This document shows, piece by piece, positions 25,258-37,699 of a stretch of 64,000 bases of DNA. The notes beneath the pieces are model-generated. The model did no database searches. It worked only from the letters and a program-made list of their open reading frames with translations, and was not told where the DNA came from. Positions within the stretch are counted from its first letter, which is position 1. The number at the start of each line of letters is the position of its first letter. The DNA is from Nymphaea colorata (lineage: Eukaryota). The DNA lies in contig NC_045138.2 of the NCBI RefSeq assembly GCF_008831285.2, positions 26,722,001-26,786,000 on the forward strand. Reading direction: 5' to 3'. The position numbers and the translations under genes are program-made.

Positions 25258-26592
25258 CTTCTCACCTGTTTCTATCTTAACGGTACGTGGTGAGGCTGAT
25301 GTTGAGGTCGATGGTGAGTCCGAAGCATCATCCAAGTACATAATGTGGACACTTTTGGTTATTCTGTTGCAATAACATGGAGCACATCAAATCAAAGAAA
25401 CTTTACCATCTTTACCAACAACCATGAAAATTAAAAGAAGAAAGGCTTCCATCTATCTCAAGAAACGTCGCCGGAATGCTCTGAGAAGGTAAGCCTACAT
25501 GGACCCTGTACAACCACACACCTTGAGGATATTTGTGGCACTGGTGCACAAGACTCCCGGAGTCCTGCCGGAAATTTGTTTGTGAAACTAAGATCAAGAT
25601 CATCTTCAGTAGGTCCCAGCCACTGTGCTCATACGATTCGAGAACGATAGAATGAAGTGCACCACTAAATAGTTTTGTAGATCATGTCTCTCATTCTATC
25701 CGTTGATCCTTTCACTTTTATTGCCGAAGAAAGCACTAAAATCGCATTCTGCTTGCTTAGACTGAACCGCGCCACTTAATGGCAGCTTAATTATGGTTAA
25801 AATCACTAATTTCTCATCTCGTCTTTGCTGCTTTTAGTGCTACAATCGTTATAGAGAATCATCGTAGAAACCCGACAACTAGAGTGTAATGCATCTGTTG
25901 TTTGCAGTATAGAGGAGTAGCACCAGGGGCATTGTAACTGCCACACCAGCCCCACAAAACATGTTTATTTTTTACATTAGGGGCTTGAAATATTTAATTG
26001 TTTATGTATATATAAGTGCCCTTAAAAGCATTGAACAACCATGACTACCAAAATCAAATTGATTTCATTATTTGTTTGTGGGCGCTGAATTGGAATTCTT
26101 ATATTGAATTTGGTGAAGGATTTAGCAAATAGTGTGACCATCTGGGAAGAGCAGCTCAACTGCATTGGAGCATGTTAGTTTGTGGATCCGATTTCGGGTC
26201 CAGTTCAAAGATGAAGCAAACGGCAACATGTATCTACATTAACGCTGTGGACCTCGTGGATCGGTTTGTATCCACTTTGAAAAGTACTGCTTGTTGGACT
26301 CATGTTGGCATGATTGGGAGTGTTTGTGTACACTTGCGCCTGTGTCCCTTTCCCCATTTCTTATTGAGCAACACCCACAAATGATGCAAAACCCGTCTAC
26401 GTAGCCATGACCTTCATCACACAAGTTGGTCTGTTAGGAATTTCCCGTTCTTTATCTTGGACGGGATAATATGCATCATGCAATTTTATATGAAGCAGCA
26501 ATGGGGACAAGGTGGCTGTTTGAGCGTCACATCCTTCGACCTCTGTCGCCTCTTAGTAGGCAACTTCAACGGCCACCCGAATGTGAGCGTGT

Positions 26593-26596
<4 letters not shown>

Positions 26597-26649
<53 letters not shown>
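26597..26649. repeat. (AT)n microsatellite
   Basis: Directly visible. Confidence 0.9.
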
Positions 26650-26651
<2 letters not shown>

Positions 26652-27144
26652 AAAATTGGATGGCTGTTTTGGCTTTAGTTATCTAATTTGGACATTTCAT
26701 TTAAAATGATGAACAATTAAGAGAAAAATGTAATGAGTATTTTCATCATCTAGTAATAGTTTGCATTTTTTTTTGTTTATTTTTCTCTTCATCATACATC
26801 TGCTTTAGATGAACAACACTTGTTTAGATGGGTTAGTGACTCTAGATAATCATCATTCACCTATATATATATATGTGTGTGTGTGCGCGCGTTATCTGCT
26901 TTTTTTTTTACTTATTTGTGGATGGATACATGCAAGATGTACATTAAAAAATGTAGTCTTAACTTTCTTATGTTACAAATTTTGATGTGGACATGAAGCA
27001 GGTTTTAGTATAAAACACAGTTTTTCACAAGGCAACACATCTCAAAGTTCTTGTTCATATCTGTTTGTTCATATATATTACTCACAGGAAAATAGTAGGC
27101 TAAGGTCAAGTGCCAAGGCTGTGAATGCAGATCTCACGGTGCTG

Positions 27145-27506
27145 CAGTGGCGGAATTCAGAGGCGGACTGCAGAATTCAAAGGCAGAGCTAGAATTTATT
27201 TTCTATGGAACACTAAGCATATACTTAACAAATTTTTAATTGACCATGGTGTAGTGACCTGTGTAACTGGACTCAGATCCACTCAAATTCAATCACTAAT
27301 TTAAGCTTACTCTATGAGGCATACGCCTCACGAAGCCGCCACCTATCTATGCCCCGAGCCGAATTGCTCACACCAACTCAAAATTTTGCTTTATTTTATA
27401 TGTAGATATGTTATTAATATTCAATTTCTTCCATACGAGTGCTCCTTAAAATTTGAAGTTTAAAGTAATGATGCCTCTTAACCAGAAACTTCTAGCTCTG
27501 CCACTG
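27145..27506. mobile_element. MITE with CAGTGGCGGA-type TIRs
   Basis: TIRs CAGTGGCGGA...TCTGCCACTG. 8-bp flanks CGGTGCTG (27137-27144) and CCGTGCTG (27507-27514). Confidence 0.7.
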
Positions 27507-27915
27507 CCGTGCTGCTGTAATAATTTTCTGTTGAAGAAACGTCAGAAGAAGCCGCAGATCTAACAGTTACCGTCTTCATGTTGCTAGTTGACAAAAATAC
27601 GATACGTAGATGACAATTTAGGGTGACTGTACATGAGCCAGCTGAAAAGGACGACTGAACAAAAACTTTGGAGGAAAAGGTAAAAGTCACAAATAAATCC
27701 ACTGCAACTGTACAGGTTTGGTTTTTGTCTGACCTAAGTGGTCTAAGATATAGAAATTTTCTATGTGTGTATGTATGTATGTATTAATAAAGACTAGACT
27801 AAGGTCCAAGCAGGCTTGCCTTATCTCTAAGTTGTTTAATTAAGTGATCTCAACATTGAGTTTAAGAGATTTAATCTCCTTGATCTTTCATTTATGTTGT
27901 GAAGGAACCCAAGAC

Positions 27916-28325
27916 TAGGGTGAACAACTCGTTAAAGCTAGACTCGTGAACGAATTCAAGCAGCGTCATTTGCTTAACGAGTCAAACTCGAGTTCATGAG
28001 TCAACTCGTTCAAATAATTGAGTTGAGTTCGAGTTCACTGAACTGTTAAAGCTCGACTTGGCTCGAAAATGATGTGTAACGATTTTTTAAATATCCAACT
28101 CATTTTTTTATTAAAAAACCTGTATATTGACGTTAATTCACCGTGTAAGTTTTTACAAAAGTTCATTCAAGTTTGTCAAGCCTTAATCGAGTTGAGCTAG
28201 AGCTCAATACGTAACTACTGAGTCAAGCTCGAGCTGCTTCTGTCGAGCTATTCTCAAGGTTTCATTAGTCGAGCCGAGCTCGAGTTGGCTGAACTCAGGC
28301 TCTACTCTGCTCGTGTTCACCCCTA
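27916..28325. mobile_element. hAT (Ac/Tam3-type) MITE
   Basis: Perfect 8-bp TSD CCCAAGAC (27908-27915 and 28326-28333). TIRs TAGGGTGAACA...TGTTCACCCCTA. Numerous CTCGAG/GAGCTCGA subterminal motifs. Confidence 0.88.
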
Positions 28326-29120
28326 CCCAAGACCCAATTCCTTATAAGAAACTCTAACCACGTTTTTAAGCTAATAACCAACTGCCAACTAGTGAGGGCC
28401 TTCCAAGACCTAACTCTTTAAATCCATATATAATTTGAAACTTGTAAGGCTTAGAAATTAATCATACATTCCTAAGTAATGTTAGTTATTTTATGACCTT
28501 AAGCAACCAATTAACCAAGTTTCTCCACCAAGGTGTAGTTTCCTGTATTATATCGTAAAACATAATTTCATGATATTGTTCTATAAATTTCAGAGTTTGA
28601 ATTTTACAATTTACTGTATTAAAAGCGGTTAACAACGAGCCTGCTCAAGTTTACTGATTGGCCTCAAGTCTTTTTGGTTACTGTATAAATATAAAACATG
28701 TGGACATGGACATGAATAACCTGAATATCATCCATGAAGAATGAAAGCCATATGCTACGCAAAGCATGAAACTCATGAGATGAGGAATGCCAAGCTGGTA
28801 AGCTGAAAAATGGGAAAAATGACAAAATTAGAAGATGTGCATGCTTTTAATTATGTATATTCCCATGCATTATTGCCAGATTCTTTTAACAGAAGTACTG
28901 TTAATAATGGGAAAATGATATTAGCAGTAATTAACAAAAACAAATTAACCATAAAAATGTCCTGAATATAGTTATTAATATTATCGTTGTTTTTTTGTTA
29001 TTATTTGCGGCTGCAACGATATATTGAAGCCGCAATGAAACTGCCCTCGCCAACTGATGCGACCACCCAACAGTGCAGCTGCGATTGCGTAAAAGTTGGC
29101 ATCTTCATACTAACTGCAGG

Positions 29121-29131
29121 GTGGGTCCCAC
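29121..29131. promoter_or_regulatory. Class I TCP-type site GTGGGTCCCAC upstream of the GATA gene
   Basis: Exact match to GTGGGNCCCAC, ~1.7 kb upstream of ATG 30836. Function is inferred. Confidence 0.3.
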
Positions 29132-29476
29132 GAACAGTCCCCTCAGTCTCTCGTGATCTTTGATCTTCACAAGTTAATTCGATACTCTTGGTGAAGGAAA
29201 CTAGACCAAGCAGGACGGTCTTCACGGATGATCTATGTAAGGTCATATATATATATATATATATATAAAAGAGAACTGAAGTGTTTTTTAGGGCTACTCA
29301 TCCATCTAACTAAAACTGAGTGATCCATCATAATGAATGGTTAAGAAAACAACAAAAAACAACAAGGAGAAAAATAAGATAAATATTTTCATCATCAAGT
29401 ATTTGTTTTCACTTTTTTTTATATATATTTTTCTCTCAACCATTTATTGCATAATATGAATAGCCTTGTTAGATGG

Positions 29477-29479
<3 letters not shown>

Positions 29480-29568
<89 letters not shown>
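29480..29568. repeat. Long (AT)n microsatellite (~45 units)
   Basis: Directly visible. Confidence 0.93.
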
Positions 29569-29569
<1 letters not shown>

Positions 29570-30835
29570 TAGACCTGTCATTAATTAATCATCTTGGCCA
29601 TTGATTTTACTAAGAAGGATAGTTAGGAGCAAATCAAAGAAAAAACTTGTGAACTAATGCTAGATGACTAAAATACCATGTCAATGTCTCCATATATGTG
29701 TGTGGAAGAGTGTGGGTGGGGGGGAGTTCAATGTTGTCATGTGCCGAATGACTAAAAAGTTAAAAATTTATCATAAAAAACCATAAATTGAGATTAAGAT
29801 GGTTTATATTAGATTCAGCCACAATTTATGGTCTTTTAAGCTACAAATTTTAAAATTTAACTATCTTGACAACTGCATGGCACATGGCACATGGCAACAT
29901 TGATTTTTCCGATATATATATATATATAATTTTATCAATGTATTAATGAGGGCATACTGAATCTTGGAATTTATGAGTAATCTGGCATGAAATCAGGACC
30001 CTTTCATCGAGTCGCTAAGCTAAATGCACCACATATCTGGTAGATCTTTCCGGGACTATTAGTGTATTTGATGAGTATACTAGCCTTACAAATGAAAGAC
30101 TCTCGTGGATACATGTTGGACTTTGTACACCTGGATTTTCTTTTATGAAAAAACATGTTTGCTTTAGCGGTAGTTATAAGTAAATGAAAAGATGACTGAA
30201 AAAGAGGACGAAGAAATGAACAAAGGGAGGATGCAGAAGGGCACAAGGTGCTGCTCCTGTCAGTTGTTTCTGCACCAAAAGCAATCAATGCATTCTTGGC
30301 AACACTAAGGCTGTGGTAGAACCACAGCCGAAGCCCTACATAGATTTTTTAAAAGAGAAAGAAACCAAAAGCGGCCCCTGCCATACGGCTACAGCTTCTT
30401 GCTATCATTATTTGTGGGGTGTACCAACTTGAAGGGAATTAATGTTCTGCAGTGGGGATCCCTACGCTCTTTTGTCATTTTGGAATGTCATGTAGCATTC
30501 TCTTCTCTCCCTAATCCTCACACCAGTACAGGGCCTTGTCTCTTGGTCCTCCTTTTGCAGCATCACGTGAATGTCAGCCTCTACTTTTCTTTTATCTTCT
30601 CCCTCTCTCTAGCTTTCTTTTTCCCATCTTTCTCTTTTCCTCCTTACGCTTTTGTTTTGGAAAAAGGGAGAAAACAATAAAAATCTAAGCTTGTCCTGTT
30701 ATATATGCTGCCCTGTGTTATTTAGTGGCTTCAAGTTTTTCACCCATTTCATCAGCTTTGAATTTCAAAAAAAAAAAAAAAATAAAGAAAAATTCTTGCG
30801 CCTCACTTATATATCTTGTACAGTCTGGTGGGTTC

Positions 30836-32271
30836 ATGTCTTCGATTTATCCCCAGCTTGCAGCCTCTTGTGTAACTCATGAGTGTGCTGTAGGAGTAGC
30901 AGAAGAGGAGAGGATGTTGCAACCTGCAGATGACCATCTGGTGTGGGGATCAGACGGAAGAAATTTTATGACAGCTTCTTCTCCTGATCATTTCATACCC
31001 AAACAGCTTCTGCTTTTTGATCCTACCTCTCATTCTCAATACCCAGCTCCCATTTTCTTCAGCCAACACCAGAGCCTAGAGCAAGATAAGGTATATATGA
31101 TCGGGATTGTTCTTTCAAAGTCAAACTGTTAGATCCTAACTTTGATGGGTTTTTTTTGGAACGTGGGTTTCTTGGCTTCTGTTTCTTGTGCTCTTTCTGA
31201 GGAAAATCAACTGTTGGTGGGTGCAGGTGGCTGCGCAACGCATCTCAGGTGGGTTGAATGACACAACAAACTATGATCATGGCATGATCTTGGATGATCC
31301 ATTGACAAGCAAACCCCACATGACAAATGATCACAACCATCATCATGTTTACATAAAAACGGCACATGATCCACTTCATCATCATGATCGTGTATATCCT
31401 CATGACCATCAAAGGTTATCTAGCAGCTACAATTACAACAATACAGTGAGAACATGTGTCGACTGCAACACGACCAAGACACCTCTATGGAGAAGTGGCC
31501 CTCTCGGACCGAAGGTAACATCACCACCTTTCATAGAAGTGATCCAGTTTATTCCTTACATAGGGCGTAGCACCAAAGTCAAGCAGAGTCCTCCTCTTAT
31601 TAGTTCATGTGATGGAGGCCAAAGCCAAGGGTTGTGTCAGGTTCTGATCTTGTATCTTCATTGTGCTTATCCCAACGTAGTGGGTCTCTTAATTGGCCAT
31701 GATCAGCGTTCTTGCTTTCAGGATCATGGCCAATTGACTTGCCTTTTTGCGTTGAATCGGCCAGTGATGACATAAGCTGTCGTTAATCAGTCCAATGGAA
31801 GTCGTTATTTACAGAAGGAATATGCAAACTTAACTTAGCTTTTCTCTGTCTATAAATCAAATGCAGTCCCTATGCAATGCTTGTGGGATCAGGCACCACA
31901 AGGCAAGACGGGCTAAAGCGGCGGCAGCAGCAGCGGCGGCAACAGAAGCTCAAGGCGGAAGTCATGATCCTTTCCCTGTAACAAATAAGCTGAAGAAGCA
32001 GAAGAGAGGAGAACTTAAATCAACTGGCCATTGCAAGAGGAAGAACAAGATCTTCACCACGCCACGTAGAAGGAAAAACCTTTGCTTTGAGCTGGACTTG
32101 AACTGTGAGATTGAAGATGATCAGAACTTGGAGTACTCCACAACTGCAGAAACTCTTGATTTCGCAATGGAATTGAGCAAGGCGAAGCCTTTCAAGAGAG
32201 TATTCCCGGAGGACGAAGAACAAGCCGCAATTTTGTTAATGGCTCTTTCCTGTGGACTTGTTCATGGTTGA
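30836..32271 (+). CDS. LLM-domain B-class GATA transcription factor (GNC/CGA1, GATA21/22-like), about 315 aa
   Basis: Exons 30836-31090, 31227-31514, 31867-32271, with GT-AG phase-0 introns. The C-X2-C-X18-C-X2-C finger CVDCNTTKTPLWRSGPLGPK|SLCNAC is split by an intron. The C-terminus FKRVFPEDEEQAAILLMALSCGLVHG is the LLM domain. Confidence 0.93.
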
Positions 32272-33246
32272 AACCTAAACCAAATGTGGTTAATGAAAAC
32301 ACCAGTTTGGTTTTCTGTGTACTACTATTATTACATCGAGGCTCTTCTTAATGCGGTCATAACCCATCAATAAATAAAGATCACTCAATCTTCAAGATAA
32401 TTTCATCGTCTTTCTTGACTCAACAGTTATTGTATATATTCTTAGGCTTTGACACGGATGTGATATAGATGCGAGTTTTAGAGAAAACAAAAATTGTGGA
32501 CATCACATTCATAATTTTTTTCATCACAGTCATTTGATTGAATGGTCCTTGAGTACAGCAAATGGAGCAGGCGATCCTCCAGACCTCCCTCTTTATATAT
32601 GTGGATAAAGTTCTGGATACTGAACAGTCAAATGCTAAAAGCAACAACATCACATTTATCAGATCAGATACAGAGAAATTAATGCGCTTTATTAAGCTAA
32701 TCATTGACTGCTGTGGTCCACGACTGTGGAGATGCAACATATTAGTGTGAGCCGATGAGGAAAGTATCTATTTGCTGCCCATGGAAAGGACAGAGCAACG
32801 ATACACGTTGTACAGTGCACTGCATGGGCGCATACTAACATTTTGACTGATTGCAACTACACCTTCTACCAGATCCCCTCCACCCCTTGTCTGTGTCCTA
32901 ATGCCAACATAAAGTCATGGGCTCTGTTTTGGGACCAGCCTGCTCTCAATTATGTCTTTGGGACTCTCGATTTGTTCAATGAATTTATCAGAGTTCCTTC
33001 TCTGTTGATGAGTTTCTACATTCTCTTCTGGACCCGTGAGGAGGCTTGAAATCTGGTACCACTTGGGCCTGTTCTAGCCGGTTTCTGTGTGTAGCCACTT
33101 GTCTTGAATCTTGGTACTGTTACCCATGGCTGCGTTTGGCTTTGGGCAGGTAAATTTTGGTCTGCAGAGCCATTAAAATCCCCATCCTGTCGTTCTGTGC
33201 TGCTCACGTGGGTCAAGTATGGTGCCTGGAAGCGTTCATGCAGTTT

Positions 33247-33277
<31 letters not shown>

Positions 33278-35033
33278 ATGCGATCTATATGTAGCCAAAA
33301 TCTGAGTCATTCTGAGCATTAAGAAATTCAGATCTTAGATGGAGCTAGCTTGCTGATCGCTAATCCCCATGAAATAAGATGATGGCGCGTATCGACTCTC
33401 AAATACTGATCTGGAATGTCTACCAACTCGACTTTGCCATGGCGGCAGCTTAGCCTGTCAGCAGCCTATAAAACTCTACTCTGTATCTGTTATCAAGAGC
33501 ACAAGAGGTCAATCCTGGAAGTGAAGTTATTCACGGTTGACTGTCTCGGTTCTACAACCACCTCAGTCACTAAATGGATGGTTGAAACAAGAAACTAAAG
33601 GCGGCGCTCGGAACGTTTTAATTAAAACAATAAGAAAAGAGCTTGGCCAGAATGGCATCCATGAACGTACACGGGAGGCAAGAAAAGGAAAAGAGAATGG
33701 ATGCTGCTGCTGCTCCGAGAAGCAGATAAAGAGTTAGCTATTTAAGCGTGTTGCTGATTCTTCCCTGCTTCTATAGCAGAGAGAATGGTCAGCTGAATAT
33801 CGTTGTTAAGATGCTATTACATCCTAACCGTTCGTTCGCTCAATCTTACCATTTGAAGCAGCTGGACCGTTGGTCTGTTGAAATAATGGACGACGCAGCA
33901 AAGCATTCGGACAACATGGTCTAACAGAGACGAGCTTAATTACGTCTTAAATAATTCTGCATACTCTAGTTTCCTTGCTGCTTAGCCGCACTAAATAATG
34001 ACTTCCATCAAACAAAAAAACAAAAAAATAATAAAGCAATGCTTTCTGCTATATTTCTGAACCAGAGATGAAGATCTGTCCTAAAAATTTGAGTCCAGGA
34101 AGGTAGTGATTTTTCCTTGACCTGAACATTTCTTCATCTGCTCTTTTCCCTAAATCAACCTGCAGAATTGAAAGCAGACAGTTTGGTCACATTGCAAATG
34201 TTCAGCAAGGACGAATAGCTGGGACCAAAGATGAGCAGACAGAAAACTGCTGACATACATCCGCCAAAAGAGTAAGATACCTCCATAATGCTTCCCGGAC
34301 TGTGCTGTGTTCCTGCCTTGGGCATCTATGTGTTCTACCCATCAAAAGAGCTCAGTCACCCATGATCTTCTTTTGCTTAATTGGTAGGAAATTGTTCATT
34401 TTCTATTTAGTTTTACATGGTCGATGGTAACCCAATATTGAGTGCTACAGTATTTGATGAGACCCATAACATATTCCTCTATTGTGATCAGAAAAAATTG
34501 TAGTCGAACTACTTGATTGGAGCAATGCCATCTCTTTAAAAACATATAATCTAACCTTCTTCACTCATGCACTTGTTGTACCTAGATACTAATGATAGGA
34601 AAGAAAATACCCTTTCCCCAATGGAGATCTCATTTAGCTGACAGCTTTCATTTTATGGTGCTCTCGAATGAACAATTTTGCTCAGAATGAAATAAAGGTG
34701 CTGAAGTGAGACAACATTCTCCGTATTCTTGGGCTGTATATAGAAGTATTTTTGTCCTTTGGCTTCCGAGATGTTGTGGAACTCCTACCATCGAGGTAGA
34801 TGGGCTCTTTCTCAGCTTTTTCTGAACTTTGTATCACCTGTTTTTTTAGCAAGAAAAGGGGCCTTCTCCCAACAGGGCTGCAGCGGAAAGTATATATCCA
34901 GCAAGGACGGTGGGATTTCATATATCTGCAGGACCTTACAAACTTAGAATGACATGAGTTTCAATGTTTCTATGGTTTAATAAGTTAATAAATTATTCAA
35001 GTAGCGATCTGGCACTAACATAGGTCGAGCCGA

Positions 35034-35149
<116 letters not shown>

Positions 35150-37601
35150 AAAATGTACAAGCATTAAAAAAAGGTTGCATGCATATTTGATAAAGGACGA
35201 ATATGAGTCAGAGCCAGGTCATATACTTGCACAGGTGAACAGGACAAGACCGTTTCAGTACTGTATTCTTCGACAGTCCAAAGAATAGAATAATGGGATA
35301 AGATCACATCAACAGGGATGAAGTAAACCCAGCCATTCACTTGTCCAACGGGGACGTTGTAAATGATAAGAACTAAAACATTCCCCTTACAAGTGATGAT
35401 ATCGTTTTTATTCACCAAATATATACATGAAGCCGCAAGGGATCTGAACTAAAATATGATTTCTATTGAACTTATAAAAAAAACTGGTCAAAGCTAAGAT
35501 CTGCATTTGATATCTTCATTTTGCTATTTAACATCCTCAAACTGTCATGTGACTTGAGATAAGGGAGGAGAGGGTCTGATTTCAAGTCCATGAATTTCAG
35601 AATCTCATCTAAAATCAGATCAGACCTAAGATAATCAAGCACCACCATGAAAAGCTATAAGTACCAATCATGAGAATTTTTCTGATAGGCTATAAGTATT
35701 TAAGATATGAATGTTCTATGAGCCTCAAAGATTGAGGCAGATTCATGAAACACTATAACATGTGTTCAATGAATCTACCCTACTATTTAAGTTAGATTCA
35801 TTGAACACTCACAAAGTATTCATACTGCCAACTTCAGTGCTGAACTCAAGAATGGCTCATGGTGTGTGCCAAATTTCCATTCACATGTCTATGTAAGATT
35901 GCAGTTGGTTTTGGATTCCAGGAACTTTTTTCATTTTCTGCTAAGTAGGATCCGCTTCTGATCTTACCGACCATGCATTTTGCTATCGAAGATATGGTTA
36001 TTTCGCAACCCCAAATCTCTCACTAAATCTATAAAACTTGATTTAGATTATGTTTTTCTTTGTAATAAGTAACTAAAAATAGACTTAGAAGGAGTTGCCA
36101 ACTTGGTATTGAAGGGCAAGCTGTGGTCATGGTTTGGCTCGTCTAGGTGTCAGTCCTTGCAGGAGAGATTGATGTACTCCATGTCTAAGTTTTATCTCTC
36201 GAATGTGCATGAATGTAGCACGGATCTGAGATCCATGATGCTGAGATTCCCCATTATTTGAACAGTGGATCTCACGCAGCATGAGTTTTATGCCTCGAAT
36301 CTGAGACTACCAAACACCACTTTAATTTAAGGTATGTGATCTAAATGCTTGAAAACCTATGCGTACTTTGATAAACTTACTTGTAACTTATAAAATTAAG
36401 ATTCTATGGCTTTCAGCTGGTTTACATGTTACTCATATCAATTTAACGTACTTATAACATTTTGGAAGTCATTCACTTAAGTTTGCCAAAACAAGCTGGA
36501 CAAAAGATCTGTTTTGAAATTCTCAGTAAAATAACAGGAAGGGAAGCTGCCCAAATTCAAAATTTCTGTCAACATACTGTGCTACCATGAAAGGAGCTGA
36601 AGCATTCATCATTTTTTTTATGAGAAAACACTGGAAAGGACCTACCAAGATATCCCCTTGCATGGCTGGCTTAGATTTGGATGACTGCCAAAGAAGAGAG
36701 AGAGACAGGTGTTATAATTGTGAGGAAATCTTTATAGATACAGTGACAAAATGTCGACTTCTTGCCCATAAATGGATTTGTGACGATGCGCATGGTCCCT
36801 TCTACGCCATCGAGCGTCCACATTCCCTAACGGGTCCATACGATGAGTGTGGAGAGATCTTTGAGCTGCTCCTTGGTGAATTTGTCTAGTGACGATCTGA
36901 TTTGATTTGATCTCATCTGATCTGACCTGCCATCGCTTTAATGTTCTTCCTCAAAAAGAGCCTCTCTCTCTCTCTCTCTCTATCTCTTCACCATCCATCT
37001 CACTGGCACGGGATTCTCAAGAGACCATCAATTCTTGCCATGGGCTCCCTACTCTTTTCAGATTCCAACTTCACATGAGAGCGTGCTGCGCACGCGCCCA
37101 CGCACAGTCGATCGAATATCCATAAATAATAATTGCTACACAAACATTATTATTATTATTATTATTATTATTATCATTATTTTGTATGAAGAAAAGAAAA
37201 AAGGTGAACCAGAAGAATCTCTCCAAATGACTAATTTTATTTATATATATACACAATTAAACATATATAATGATTTGATTTATAGATTTTTTTGTCCAGG
37301 TTTGGAGAGACAAATCCTTCAGTCTTTCACAACACAATACTTCACGGGTAAAGTTGAGAGGTCCCTCTCGTTCAACGAATGGGCGTAGGAAGACAAAAGT
37401 TAGTTCATGCTTCTGCCCACGAAGTTGGTGCAGGTTTAGTTTCCCTTTCATGCAACTTTGGTCACATCCCGATACTGACTTACCCCCCTTCCTTTCTCAT
37501 TGGAATAGCCTTCGATAGGTTCGTATCTACGGTGAATTCCGGTGGAACATGGACAGATTTTATGTTGGTTTTAAGTCCACGGATTTAGATTGCTTTAAAT
37601 T

Positions 37602-37699
37602 TATCAATAAATTAATGAGCAGTTATAAACTTCAATGATATCAATAAATTAATGAGCAATTATAAACTTCTATCATATCAATAAATTAATGAGCAATTG
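37602..37699. repeat. 37-bp tandem repeat, ~2.6 copies
   Basis: TATCAATAAATTAATGAGCA starts at 37602, 37639 and 37676. Confidence 0.88.
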
